Assembly (NCBI GenBank): GCA_021817345.1
Contig: JAKAVC010000138.1
Coordinates: forward strand, 17,776 to 81,775
Length of the DNA stretch: 64,000 nucleotides
Source: Deltaproteobacteria bacterium
GTDB lineage: Bacteria > Desulfobacterota > Binatia > Binatales > Binataceae
Reading direction: 5' to 3'
Shown: positions 1 to 11,154 of the stretch, piece by piece
How the letters are laid out: every line of letters begins with the position of its first letter
Numbering within the stretch: position 1 is the stretch's first letter
Notes under the pieces: generated by a model
What the model saw: only the letters and a program-made list of their open reading frames with translations
Database searches by the model: none
Told to the model about the DNA's origin: nothing
Translations under genes and position numbers: made by a program

Positions 1-985
1 GGCCCGGCGTGGCCGAATCGGTCGTACGCGCGCCCTCTTCGCGGCTCATCCGATAGAGCTTCCCGGCAAGCACGGCGGCTTCTTCGATAATCCCCTCGAT
101 AATCTCGCGCACGGTGCGGATATCACGGATCATCCCGGCGACCTCGCCCGCGGCCATCGTGCGATCCTCGACCGGAGCACTGCGAAGCTCCTTCAGGTAG
201 CGCGCGCGCAGTTCGGCCCGCTCTTCGGCGGAATCGGCATGCCCGAGCGCCGCCTCGTATTCGCGAAGGATGCGGGTCGCAAACGCTCTCACCGGCTTTC
301 CAGTCATCAGTGACGATATCATCGTGCCGGTTTCGTCGCTCTCGAGCAGGCGCTGCTTCATCCAGTCGGCGCACTCGCTTTCAACCGTCGCCATAAAACG
401 GGTGCCGAGCTGGATTCCGCATGCGCCGAGCGCGAGCGCCGCCATGAAGCCGCGCGCGTCGCCGAGTCCGCCCGCGGCGACCACCGGCACCTTGACCGCG
501 TCAACGACCTGCGGCACGAGCGGCATCGTCGAGACGCGCCCGACGTGCCCGCCCGCTTCCATCCCCGAGGCGATTATCGCGTCCGCGCCTTCGGCCTCGA
601 CGCGCAGCGCATGATGCACCGACGGGACGACCGGCAGCACGATCGTTCCCGCCTCCTTGAGTTTGCGCACGACATTGCTGCCCGGGTCGCCGCGCCCGGT
701 GGTGACGATCGGAACTCCCATCTCGATACAGATAGCGGCGCGCGACTCGGTAAAGGCACGTCCGATCGGGGTGATATTGACCGCGAAGGGCCGCGTCGTA
801 AGGGTGCGCGTAAGTTCAATATCGTCGCGCAGTTCCTTTTCGCTGCCGCCGAAGGTGGGCAGAACGCCGAGCCCGCCCGCCTCGCTCACCGCGGCGACCA
901 GGCGCGGTCCGCCCGCGCCCTGCATCGCGCCCTGGATTATCGGGTGGCGGATACCGAGCAGATCGCAAAGCACCGTATGAAACAT
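1..985 (-). CDS. Nitronate monooxygenase / enoyl-ACP reductase II-like flavoprotein (3' end runs off window)
   Basis: Manually translated (absent from ORF track): MFHTVLCDLLGIRHPIIQGAMQGAGGPRLVAAVSEAGGLG..., later GMEAGGHVG, VAAGG and GIQLGTRF motifs; no stop before position 1. Confidence 0.88.
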   Translation of the reverse strand, partial: MFHTVLCDLLGIRHPIIQGAMQGAGGPRLVAAVSEAGGLGVLPTFGGSEKELRDDIELTRTLTTRPFAVNITPIGRAFTESRAAICIEMGVPIVTTGRGDPGSNVVRKLKEAGTIVLPVVPSVHHALRVEAEGADAIIASGMEAGGHVGRVSTMPLVPQVVDAVKVPVVAAGGLGDARGFMAALALGACGIQLGTRFMATVESECADWMKQRLLESDETGTMISSLMTGKPVRAFATRILREYEAALGHADSAEERAELRARYLKELRSAPVEDRTMAAGEVAGMIRDIRTVREIIEGIIEEAAVLAGKLYRMSREEGARTTDSATPG

Positions 986-993
986 CGTCGGTC

Positions 994-2004
994 TCACGCC
1001 TTCGGCTTAAGCCCGCTCACGCGGGTGAGCGAACCCGGGATGAACTCGTTCGCCTTGACCTCGACGAATCCCGCGTCCCTGAAGTAGCCCATCACCTCGG
1101 CCTCCGAATGCGCGACGCCGGTGCTCAGGTAAATCGCCTCGTTGAGGCCCCATAGCGCCGGCCCAAGCGGACCGGTCTTCGCGTCGTTCAGCATCTCGCC
1201 GATAAGATGCATCTCGCCGCCCGGCTTGAGCGCCTCGAACGCCTTGCGCACCACGGCGCGAATAATCTCCGGGCTGTATTGCGGCAGGTTGCTCGCCATC
1301 GTGACGACGTCGGCGCCCTCCGGAAACCGATCCTTCGTAAAATCGCCGCCGACCGCCTTGATTCGGTCGGAGAATCCGCACTGCGCGATATATTCGTTCG
1401 CCACCACGGCGACGCTCGGCAGATCGAAGACGACGGCTTTGATTTGCGGGTACTTCTCCGCCGCCGCGATACAGTAGCATCCCGAACCCCCGCCCAGGTC
1501 GAGGATCATGGTTCGTTTCGACAAATCGACCTGGCGGGCGAAGCGCCGCCCGGCGCCCATCCCGATACTGAAGGTCGCGCGATGGAGCTTGCGCGCATCC
1601 TCGACGGTAAAATTCTCGTAGGTGCCGAGGATGCGTGGCGGTTCCTTGCGGCGCAGAAACCCGGCCAGCTTGTTCCATTCGGCGTAGTCGCTTCGGCCCA
1701 TCGTGGTCAGCCATGGACCCGCGTAATTCTTCGCGCCCTTGACCAGGAAGCGCTCGACGTCGGGCGCGTTGACGTACTCCGCGCCGCTCTTCGCGAGCAA
1801 CCCCATCGCGGCGCACGCGACCAGAAGCCGCTCGGCGTTGGCCGGGGTGATATCGAGGCTCGCCGCGACCTGCTCGACGGTTCGCGCGCCCTCGGAGATT
1901 TTGGTGAACAAATCGATCTCGATTGCCGCAACCAGCGTCGCCGACTGGCGATAGCCGTAGGCCAGATTCTGAAGACGGACGGTGTCGATCCTTTCCTCGC
2001 TCAT
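994..2004 (-). CDS. O-methyltransferase (dimerisation + Methyltransf_2 domains)
   Basis: Start trimmed to MSEERID; LDLGGGSG SAM motif, VFDLP, GGDF. Confidence 0.88.
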   Translation of the reverse strand: MSEERIDTVRLQNLAYGYRQSATLVAAIEIDLFTKISEGARTVEQVAASLDITPANAERLLVACAAMGLLAKSGAEYVNAPDVERFLVKGAKNYAGPWLTTMGRSDYAEWNKLAGFLRRKEPPRILGTYENFTVEDARKLHRATFSIGMGAGRRFARQVDLSKRTMILDLGGGSGCYCIAAAEKYPQIKAVVFDLPSVAVVANEYIAQCGFSDRIKAVGGDFTKDRFPEGADVVTMASNLPQYSPEIIRAVVRKAFEALKPGGEMHLIGEMLNDAKTGPLGPALWGLNEAIYLSTGVAHSEAEVMGYFRDAGFVEVKANEFIPGSLTRVSGLKPKA

Positions 2005-2047
2005 CGAAAACGCTCTCCCTGGGCGGCGATTTGAAATCCGATGCGAA

Positions 2048-2872
2048 TCATTTCTTGCCGAAAGTCGCGTCCATGTAGGCTCGCGCCGACTCCCGCGATT
2101 CCTCGTCGGCCGCCGCCGCGAGCAGCACATCGCCGTCGGCAAACGGGGTAAGCCCGGCGCCCATCACGCGCGTGACCGCGTTGACGTGGTCCTTGGTGAC
2201 GACGACCGGGACCGACGGCTTCGCGACCAGTTCGGCCGCGAGCGCGTTGACCTCGGCCTCAAGCCGCGCGGCCGGAACAACGCGGTTCAGGAATCCCAGC
2301 GCCTTGGCCTCGGCGGCGCTGAAACGCCGGCACGTCATCACCAGTTCCTTGGTCATCGCCGGACCGATCTCGCGCACCAGGCGCGGAATTCCGCCCCACG
2401 CGAGCGGAAGCCCGATATCGACCTCGGGGATGAAGAACACCGTGTCCTCAGCCGCAACCCGCAAGTCGCACACCGCGGTCAGCACGAGACCACCGCCGAC
2501 CGCGTGACCATGCACCTGGGCAATCGTGACCGCGCGCATCTGTTCCAGCGCATCCGCCGCGCGAAGCCCGTACTGTCCGACCTCGCGCCGGTAGAGCCAG
2601 CTATTGCCCGAGCGCGCGAAGCCGTCGGAGGCTGGCGAATCCTTAAGATCGGCTCCCGCACTGAACGCCCGTCCCGCGCCGCTTACGACCACCACCCGAA
2701 GCTCGCGGTGCGTATCGAACCATCGCGCCGCCTCGGCCAGCTCCAGCAGCATCGTCGCGTTGATCGCGTTCAGCCGCTCGGGCCGGTTCAGGATAAGTTT
2801 CCCGAGAGGCCCGTCAACCTCGACCTTGATAGTCTTGAATTCGCGATTATCTTTCTCTTTCGCTTCGCCCAT
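2048..2872 (-). CDS. Enoyl-CoA hydratase/isomerase
   Basis: LNRPERLNAIN, AFSAGADL, GHAVGGG, PEVDIGL; AAGGAG RBS before ATG 2872. Confidence 0.92.
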   Translation of the reverse strand: MGEAKEKDNREFKTIKVEVDGPLGKLILNRPERLNAINATMLLELAEAARWFDTHRELRVVVVSGAGRAFSAGADLKDSPASDGFARSGNSWLYRREVGQYGLRAADALEQMRAVTIAQVHGHAVGGGLVLTAVCDLRVAAEDTVFFIPEVDIGLPLAWGGIPRLVREIGPAMTKELVMTCRRFSAAEAKALGFLNRVVPAARLEAEVNALAAELVAKPSVPVVVTKDHVNAVTRVMGAGLTPFADGDVLLAAAADEESRESARAYMDATFGKK

Positions 2873-3095
2873 GGCATCTCTCCTTGGCCAATTCGCGGAA
2901 GTAGCGTACTCCGGCTTTTGGCACAACCCGGCCGTCCGCGGGCGGCGATCCATCAGCGGCGGGACGCGAAGCCGCGACGCTCGGGCGCACGGCATTCAAA
3001 TCTGGTATCGTGAATCCGCGCAGGCGACTTGCGACCCCATGGTGATTAACCGACCAATCCGCTTATGGTAGCCGCCGCGGTTCCGAATAAATGCA

Positions 3096-5450
3096 ATGCT
3101 GAACGATAGCGCAATCTCCGCACCGCACGACGAGAAAACCGGCCACGGGCTGACCACCCGGGAAGCGCGCGAGCGCCTTGCGCGCTACGGTCCCAACGCG
3201 GTTGCGGAGGAGCGGCCGAGCTTCATCCTCGCGCTGCTCGGAAAATTCTGGGCGCCGGTGCCGTGGATGCTCGAGGCGACGATCATCCTCGAACTCGTCC
3301 TCGGCAAGAACCCGGAAGCGGGGATTATCACGTTGCTGCTCGTCTTCAACGCGGTGCTGAGCCTGCTCCAGGAAAATCGCGCGCAGGGCGCGCTGCTTCT
3401 TTTGAAGAAGCGCCTCGCGGTGCGGGCGCGCGTCCTGCGTGACGGCGCGTGGCGGATGCTCGCCGCGGAGGAGCTGGTGCCGGGCGACTATCTCCATCTG
3501 CGCATGGGCGACCTGGTGCCCGCCGACGTTCGCCTGGACGAGGGACAAGTCCTTCTCGATCAATCGGCGCTCACCGGCGAGTCGATGCCCGTCGAGACCG
3601 GACCCAAAAGCATCGCCCACGCGGGCGCAATCGTTCGCAGGGGCGAGGCCAGCGGCGAGGTCGTCGCCACCGGGTCGCACACCGCGTTCGGCAAAACGGC
3701 TGAGCTGGTGCGCTCAGCGAAAACGGTAAGCCATCTCCAATCGATCATCTTCACGATCGTCAAGTATCTGGTCGTGATGGACGGCGCGCTGGTTCTTCTT
3801 CTGGTCGGATATTCGCAGGTGGTCGGGATGCACCTCTGGGAGGTTTTGCCGTTCGCACTGATCCTGCTCGTCGCCTCGGTGCCGGTCGCGCTGCCCGCGA
3901 CGTTCACGCTGGCGACCGCGCTCGGTTCGCTGGAACTCGCCCGTCATGGCGTGCTCGCGACGCGCCTTTCCGCGATCGAAGAAGCGGCCGCGATGAACCT
4001 GCTGTGCAGCGACAAGACCGGCACGATCACGAAAAACCAGCTCGCACTCGCCGAGTTCAGAGTTTACCCGCCGTTCACGCAAGACGACCTGCTCCGTATC
4101 GCCGCCGCCGCCAGTGACGAAGCCACGCAGGACCCGCTCGACCTCGCGATCCTTGCCCGCGCGCGCGAGCGCAATCTTCCCTCCGCGCCATCCGAGCGCG
4201 TTGAACTGATCCCGTTCGATCCCGCGACCAAACTCGCCGAAGCGGTACTGCTTCGCGATTCGACCCGGGTGCGCGTGCTGAAGGGCGCGCCCCAGGCGAT
4301 CGCCGCCCGCGTCGCGGGCGGTCCCGCGATCGACGCCGATGTCGAACGCCTTGCGGCGAACGGTTACCGGGTGCTCGCGGTCGCGTCCGGTCCCGACAAC
4401 GGGCTGCGAATGGCCGGCCTGCTCGCCTTCGAAGACCCTCCGCGCGAGGATTCCGCCGAACTTGTCAAACGGCTTCGCGGACTCGGCGTGCGGGTCGTGA
4501 TGGTGACCGGCGACGCTCCCGAGACCGCGCGCGCGGTTGCCGCCAGGGTCGGTATTGGCGAACGCGTCTGCCCCGCCGAAAAGCTGCGCGCCGGTATTGA
4601 CGGCGACGGAAATGATTACGACGTCTTCGCCGGCGTCTTTCCCGAGGACAAGTTCAATCTCGTGCGCCGGCTGCAGCGAAGCGGCGTCGTCGGGATGACC
4701 GGCGACGGCGTGAACGACGCGCCCGCGCTCAAACAGGCCGAAGTAGGAATCGCGGTCGCCAATGCGACCGACGTCGCAAAGGCCGCGGCAAGCCTCGTGC
4801 TCACCAACGCGGGGTTAACGGATCTGCTCGCCGCGGTGGAGACCAGCCGGCGCATCTACCAGCGGATGCTGACCTACACGCTCAACAAGATCGTCAAGAC
4901 ATTCCAGATCGCCCTGTTCCTGACCCTGGGCGTGATACTCACTCGCGTCTTTATCATCACGCCGCTTCTGATCGTGCTGCTGCTCTTCGCCAACGATTTC
5001 GTAACAATGTCGATCTCGACGGACCACGTCTCCTTCTCGCGCACGCCCGACCGATGGCATATAGGCGCGCTGATGGGGGTCGGACTGGTGGTCGGCACGA
5101 TGGTCCTTATCATATCGTTTGCGCTTTTCATTTTCGGACGCGACTGGCTCAATCTGCCGCTTGCCCAGTTGCAGACGCTCGTGTTCCTGACGCTCGTATT
5201 TACCGGGCAGGGAACCGTCTATCTCGTGCGCGAGCGGCACCACTTCTGGAACTCCGCGCCGAGCCGATGGCTTCTCGTCAGTTCAATCGCTGACATTTCG
5301 GTCGTAAGCGCGATGGCGGCGCGGGGAATCCTGATGGCGCCGCTCGGATGGACGGTGATCGGAATCGTGCTCGGAAGCTGCGCGGTTTATATGGCAGCGC
5401 TCGACTTCCTCAAGGTCTTCGCGCTGAAGGGCTTCAATTACGCCGCCTGA
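3096..5450 (+). CDS. Plasma-membrane proton-efflux P-type ATPase (P3A)
   Basis: TGES, CSDKTGT, KGAP, GDGVNDAPALK; TM4 PVALP; TM6 ANDFVTMSISTD carrying the proton-acceptor Asp. Confidence 0.9.
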   Translation: MLNDSAISAPHDEKTGHGLTTREARERLARYGPNAVAEERPSFILALLGKFWAPVPWMLEATIILELVLGKNPEAGIITLLLVFNAVLSLLQENRAQGALLLLKKRLAVRARVLRDGAWRMLAAEELVPGDYLHLRMGDLVPADVRLDEGQVLLDQSALTGESMPVETGPKSIAHAGAIVRRGEASGEVVATGSHTAFGKTAELVRSAKTVSHLQSIIFTIVKYLVVMDGALVLLLVGYSQVVGMHLWEVLPFALILLVASVPVALPATFTLATALGSLELARHGVLATRLSAIEEAAAMNLLCSDKTGTITKNQLALAEFRVYPPFTQDDLLRIAAAASDEATQDPLDLAILARARERNLPSAPSERVELIPFDPATKLAEAVLLRDSTRVRVLKGAPQAIAARVAGGPAIDADVERLAANGYRVLAVASGPDNGLRMAGLLAFEDPPREDSAELVKRLRGLGVRVVMVTGDAPETARAVAARVGIGERVCPAEKLRAGIDGDGNDYDVFAGVFPEDKFNLVRRLQRSGVVGMTGDGVNDAPALKQAEVGIAVANATDVAKAAASLVLTNAGLTDLLAAVETSRRIYQRMLTYTLNKIVKTFQIALFLTLGVILTRVFIITPLLIVLLLFANDFVTMSISTDHVSFSRTPDRWHIGALMGVGLVVGTMVLIISFALFIFGRDWLNLPLAQLQTLVFLTLVFTGQGTVYLVRERHHFWNSAPSRWLLVSSIADISVVSAMAARGILMAPLGWTVIGIVLGSCAVYMAALDFLKVFALKGFNYAA

Positions 5451-5590
5451 TACGCGCGCCAGCGTCGGTGCGGCGGGTTGTTCCGGTCGCGCGCATCGGT
5501 GAAACTGGCTTGGCCGCGCGGGCATGAAATCTGGTATGGTGCCGCGGCGGGGCGGAGAAAAAGGGGAATCTCTCGCTTTCGGGGACGCTT

Positions 5591-6664
5591 ATGGGGGACG
5601 ATGCAAAAGCCTTCGACCGGGACAAGGCCAGGAAGTTTTTAGGCCAGATAACCAACGATTTGGGCGCGGCGATGCTCGGCGCGCTGACCTATATCGGCGA
5701 CCGGCTCGGAATCTTCAAGGCGCTTTCCTCCGGCCAATGGCTCACCAGCGAGGAACTCGCGCGCCGCACCGGGCTGAGCGAGCGCTATCTCCGCGAATGG
5801 CTCGGCGCGATGGCGGCGGCGGGCTACGTCGAGTACGAGCCGACTGAGCGCGCCTACATGATGCCGCCCGAGCATGCGCTGGTGCTGGCCAACGAGGACT
5901 CGCCATTTTTCATGGGCGGATTCATCCAGATGGTAGTGCCGAACGTCACGATGGCGCCGCGCGTGGCGGACGCCTTTCGCACCGGCAGGGGCGTTCCGCA
6001 AGGCGACTATCCGCCCGAGACATTCCACGCGATGGAGCGCTCGTCGGCCGGAATGTTCCGTCATCGTCTGGTCCGCAAATGGCTTCCCGTGATGCCCCAG
6101 GTGGTCGAAGCGCTAAACTGGGGCGCAACCGCCGCCGACGTCGGATGCGGGAGCGGACGCGCCGCGATAGCCCTGGCCAGCGCGTTTCCCGACACGCGCG
6201 TCTATGGATACGACGTCCATCCGGTCTCGATCGAGCGCGCCCGCGCCAACGCCGAAAAGGCGGGCGTCGCCGACCGCGTGACGTTCGAGGTCCGCGACGG
6301 CACCAAACTTCCCGAAGCCCGATTCGATTTCGTCTCGACCTTCGACGTGGTCCACGACTCCGCCGATCCGGTCGCGCTGCTGCGCTCGATCCGGCGCTCG
6401 CTCAAGCCCGCGGGCACCTATCTGATGGTGGAGATGAACGTTTCGCCCAACGTCGAGGAAAACCTCAACGCCAAGGGACGCATGATGTACTCGATCAGCA
6501 CGCTGTATTGCATGACGGTGTCGCTCGCCGAGGGCGGCGCGGGAATCGGCGCGATGATGGGTGAGCCGAAGGCGCGCGAATTCGCCACCGAGGCCGGTTT
6601 CGGCAACTTCCGCCGCCTGCCGATCGATGATCTGTTCTCAGCGCTTTACGAAATCCGCCCGTAA
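5591..6664 (+). CDS. Class I SAM-dependent methyltransferase with N-terminal wHTH (Rv2258c-like)
   Basis: GDRLGIF...ERYLREWL, DVGCGSG, FDVVHD, YSISTLYCMTVSLA. Confidence 0.88.
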   Translation: MGDDAKAFDRDKARKFLGQITNDLGAAMLGALTYIGDRLGIFKALSSGQWLTSEELARRTGLSERYLREWLGAMAAAGYVEYEPTERAYMMPPEHALVLANEDSPFFMGGFIQMVVPNVTMAPRVADAFRTGRGVPQGDYPPETFHAMERSSAGMFRHRLVRKWLPVMPQVVEALNWGATAADVGCGSGRAAIALASAFPDTRVYGYDVHPVSIERARANAEKAGVADRVTFEVRDGTKLPEARFDFVSTFDVVHDSADPVALLRSIRRSLKPAGTYLMVEMNVSPNVEENLNAKGRMMYSISTLYCMTVSLAEGGAGIGAMMGEPKAREFATEAGFGNFRRLPIDDLFSALYEIRP

Positions 6665-6708
6665 GGTCCGTGCGGGTCGGCGAAGACCCGCCGGACGCCT
6701 GCCCCCGG

Positions 6709-7161
6709 CTACCGCGAGGGCCGCGCACATGCGGGGCAGAGGCCTCGAAAGGTAACCTGGATATCGCTGATCGCGAAGCCGTATCGCTGGTCAGCCGGCA
6801 GCGAAATATCGCCGAGCGGGACCACGTCGCGAACCGTCCCGCAACGATCGCAGATCAGATGCTGATGGGGCCTCTCGACGTTGGGGTCGTAACGCCTCGG
6901 CCCCGCGTCGATGGTGATTTCGCGAACCTCGCCGAGCGCGTGCAACTGGTTGAGCGTGTTGTAGACCGTGGCGCGGCTGATCTCGGGCAGGCGCCCGACG
7001 GCACGCTCAAACACCTCGTCCGCGGTGAGATGCACGTGCGCTCCCTCCAGCGCCTCGGCGATCACCCGGCGCTGCGCCGTCAGGCGCAGACCATGACGGC
7101 GCAGGCGCGCCAACAACGACGCGCCGTGCACATGTTCAACTTGTTTGCGCGCTCTTCTCAC
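6709..7161 (-). CDS. Fur-family (FurA/PerR-like) regulator divergent from katG; start uncertain
   Basis: RLTAQRRVI, ATVYNTL, RYD, HQHLICDRCG, CPAC. Confidence 0.9.
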   Translation of the reverse strand: MRRARKQVEHVHGASLLARLRRHGLRLTAQRRVIAEALEGAHVHLTADEVFERAVGRLPEISRATVYNTLNQLHALGEVREITIDAGPRRYDPNVERPHQHLICDRCGTVRDVVPLGDISLPADQRYGFAISDIQVTFRGLCPACARPSR

Positions 7162-7195
7162 AATGCCGATGCGCCCAAGGCCCTCTTTCGCAAAC

Positions 7196-7376
7196 CTAGT
7201 GTGGCGTCCCAGTAATAATTTTTGCAGCGGACGCCAGTGGCACGAGATTCTTCACTTCGGCAGCCTTCGCTCAGAATGACCAACAACCATGCGCGCGCCT
7301 GTCATTCTGAGCGAAGCGAAGAATCTCTTTCCACCGAGCGACGTCTCATCAACTTATCTGCGGGACACCACACTAG
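7196..7376. mobile_element. Putative MITE with terminal inverted repeats, bounded by CTAG
   Basis: Left end CTAGTGTGGCGTCCC vs reverse complement of right end CTAGTGTGGTGTCCC (14/15 identical); no transposase ORF inside. Confidence 0.65.
7244..7327. repeat. REP-like long palindrome inside the MITE
   Basis: CTTCGCTCAGAATGAC (7265-7280) is the perfect complement of GTCATTCTGAGCGAAG (7301-7316); outer stem GAGATTCTTC / GAAGAATCTC. Confidence 0.8.
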
Positions 7377-7388
7377 CAGAATCGGCGC

Positions 7389-7425
7389 TTGACTAAAAGC
7401 AGTCTTTCTTTTAAAAGAGTCTAAA
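7389..7425 (+). promoter_or_regulatory. Putative katG sigma70 promoter with overlapping AT-rich Fur/PerR-type operator
   Basis: TTGACT-17bp-TAAAAG; GACT-N6-AGTC dyad and TTTAAAAGAGTCTAAA imperfect dyad. Confidence 0.5.
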
Positions 7426-7473
7426 CAAGGATTACGTCCAAACTTTTGCAAGCGCCCTTAAGGCAAGGACTGA

Positions 7474-9684
<2,211 letters not shown>

Positions 9685-9690
9685 TCTCTC

Positions 9691-9737
9691 GCCTCTTCGG
9701 CGGCGTCGCGACCGTCACCCGATGCCGCCGAAGAGGC
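9691..9737. terminator. Strong hairpin between convergent katG and arsM
   Basis: GCCTCTTCGGCGGCGTCG ... CGATGCCGCCGAAGAGGC, 18-bp stem with one G-U. Confidence 0.65.
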
Positions 9738-9830
9738 CGCTTCATTCTCGCGCAGCCAAAAGGAGCGCCGCGTTCCGATGCGGCAATCACCGAGGGGCTG
9801 GCGCGCCTTAGCCGCGGAAGAATCGCGCGA

Positions 9831-10679
9831 TTACCGCGGTTTGCGGGCGCGGACGAACGCGCTCATGAACTTGCCGTCAACCAGCGGTGCGATTTCGGCC
9901 ACGTCCAGCCCGGAGTCCTTCAAAAACGAACCTGCCTGCTCGGCCGTGTACACCCGCGTCGGCTCGACGGCTATCTCTTCGAATCCGGCCGCGGCAAGCT
10001 TCGCGCGATACTCCGACTCTTCGAGCGCTCCGGCGACGCATCCGGCCCACAGCTCCATGTCCCGCCGGATCCGGCCCGGAATCTCGCCTCGCACCACGAT
10101 ATCGGAGACCGCGAACCTGCCGCCGGGCTTGAGAACACGGAACGCCTCGGCCAGAACGCGATCCTTGTCACCCGACAGATTGATGACGCAGTTGGAGACG
10201 ATCACGTCAACGGAATTATCCGGCAGCGGAATATTCTCGATCTCACCTTTTAGGAATTCGACGTTCTGGACTCCTGCCTTGCGCTGGTTTTCCCGCGCAA
10301 GCGCCAGCATCTCGTCCGTCATGTCGAGCCCGTAGGCTTTTCCCGCCGGGCCAACCCGCCGCGCCGAGAGCAGGACGTCGATTCCGCCGCCCGATCCGAG
10401 ATCGAGCACGGTCTCCCCCGGCCTCAGCTCGGCCAGCGCGGTCGGATTGCCGCATCCGAGCGACGCCGCCACCGCTTCGGCCGGCAACGCCGCCTTGTCG
10501 CTGTCGGCGTAGAGATTCGAAGTGATCGGCTGCTCGGCCAAATCGGCGGAGGTGCCGCAGCACGCGGTTTCCTGCTGGCCGCCGCAACAGGAAGTGCCCG
10601 GCTGATTTATGACTCGCAGCGCCGCGCCCGCGTATCTCCGGCGCACGCTCTCTTTGAGTTCCTCGTTGTTGGCGCTCAT
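9831..10679 (-). CDS. arsM: Arsenite S-adenosylmethyltransferase
   Basis: SCCG/ACCG, SLGCGNPTA, LDLGSGGGID, SNCVINL, WAGCVAGA; divergent arsR. Confidence 0.93.
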   Translation of the reverse strand: MSANNEELKESVRRRYAGAALRVINQPGTSCCGGQQETACCGTSADLAEQPITSNLYADSDKAALPAEAVAASLGCGNPTALAELRPGETVLDLGSGGGIDVLLSARRVGPAGKAYGLDMTDEMLALARENQRKAGVQNVEFLKGEIENIPLPDNSVDVIVSNCVINLSGDKDRVLAEAFRVLKPGGRFAVSDIVVRGEIPGRIRRDMELWAGCVAGALEESEYRAKLAAAGFEEIAVEPTRVYTAEQAGSFLKDSGLDVAEIAPLVDGKFMSAFVRARKPR

Positions 10680-10721
10680 CCGCTTTTCTCCTTTTCTCCC
10701 GGCCCGGATAGCCCGTCATGA

Positions 10722-10760
10722 TTGACTTCCACGGTACGATACCTCTATAAATCTAGAATT
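10722..10760 (+). promoter_or_regulatory. Putative arsR promoter and ArsR operator
   Basis: TTGACT at 10722, TATAAA at 10746, dyad TCTA-N6-TAGA at 10744-10757 just before the ATG. Confidence 0.5.
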
Positions 10761-11117
10761 ATGGAAAAGTCAAGCGCGATCGCCGCGCTGGGCGCGCTGG
10801 CGCAGGAAACCCGCCTCGATATTTTCCGCATGCTGGTGCAGAGCGGACCCGAAGGGATGGCCGCCGGCGAACTCGGCCAGCGCCTTGGACAGCCTTCGCC
10901 CACAATGTCGTTTCATTTGACCCAGCTCAGGTTCGCCGGACTCGTGAATTCGCGCCGCGAGGGCCGTTCGATCATCTACAGCGCGAATTTCACGGCAATG
11001 CGCGCTCTGATCGGCTATCTGACCGAAAACTGCTGCGCCGGCCGCTCGAAGACCTGTTCGCAACGAGCCCGCGCCCGCACCCAATCCGCCGGAGCTCAGG
11101 CCCGCAATTCCGGTTAA
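10761..11117 (+). CDS. arsR: ArsR/SmtB repressor, C-terminal vicinal Cys type
   Basis: ALAQETRLDIFRML, SFHL, RREGRSIIY, LTENCC plus a further Cys. Confidence 0.9.
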   Translation: MEKSSAIAALGALAQETRLDIFRMLVQSGPEGMAAGELGQRLGQPSPTMSFHLTQLRFAGLVNSRREGRSIIYSANFTAMRALIGYLTENCCAGRSKTCSQRARARTQSAGAQARNSG

Positions 11118-11154
11118 TCCAGGCAAACGCGCGCATAATCGCGATGCCGACCGC

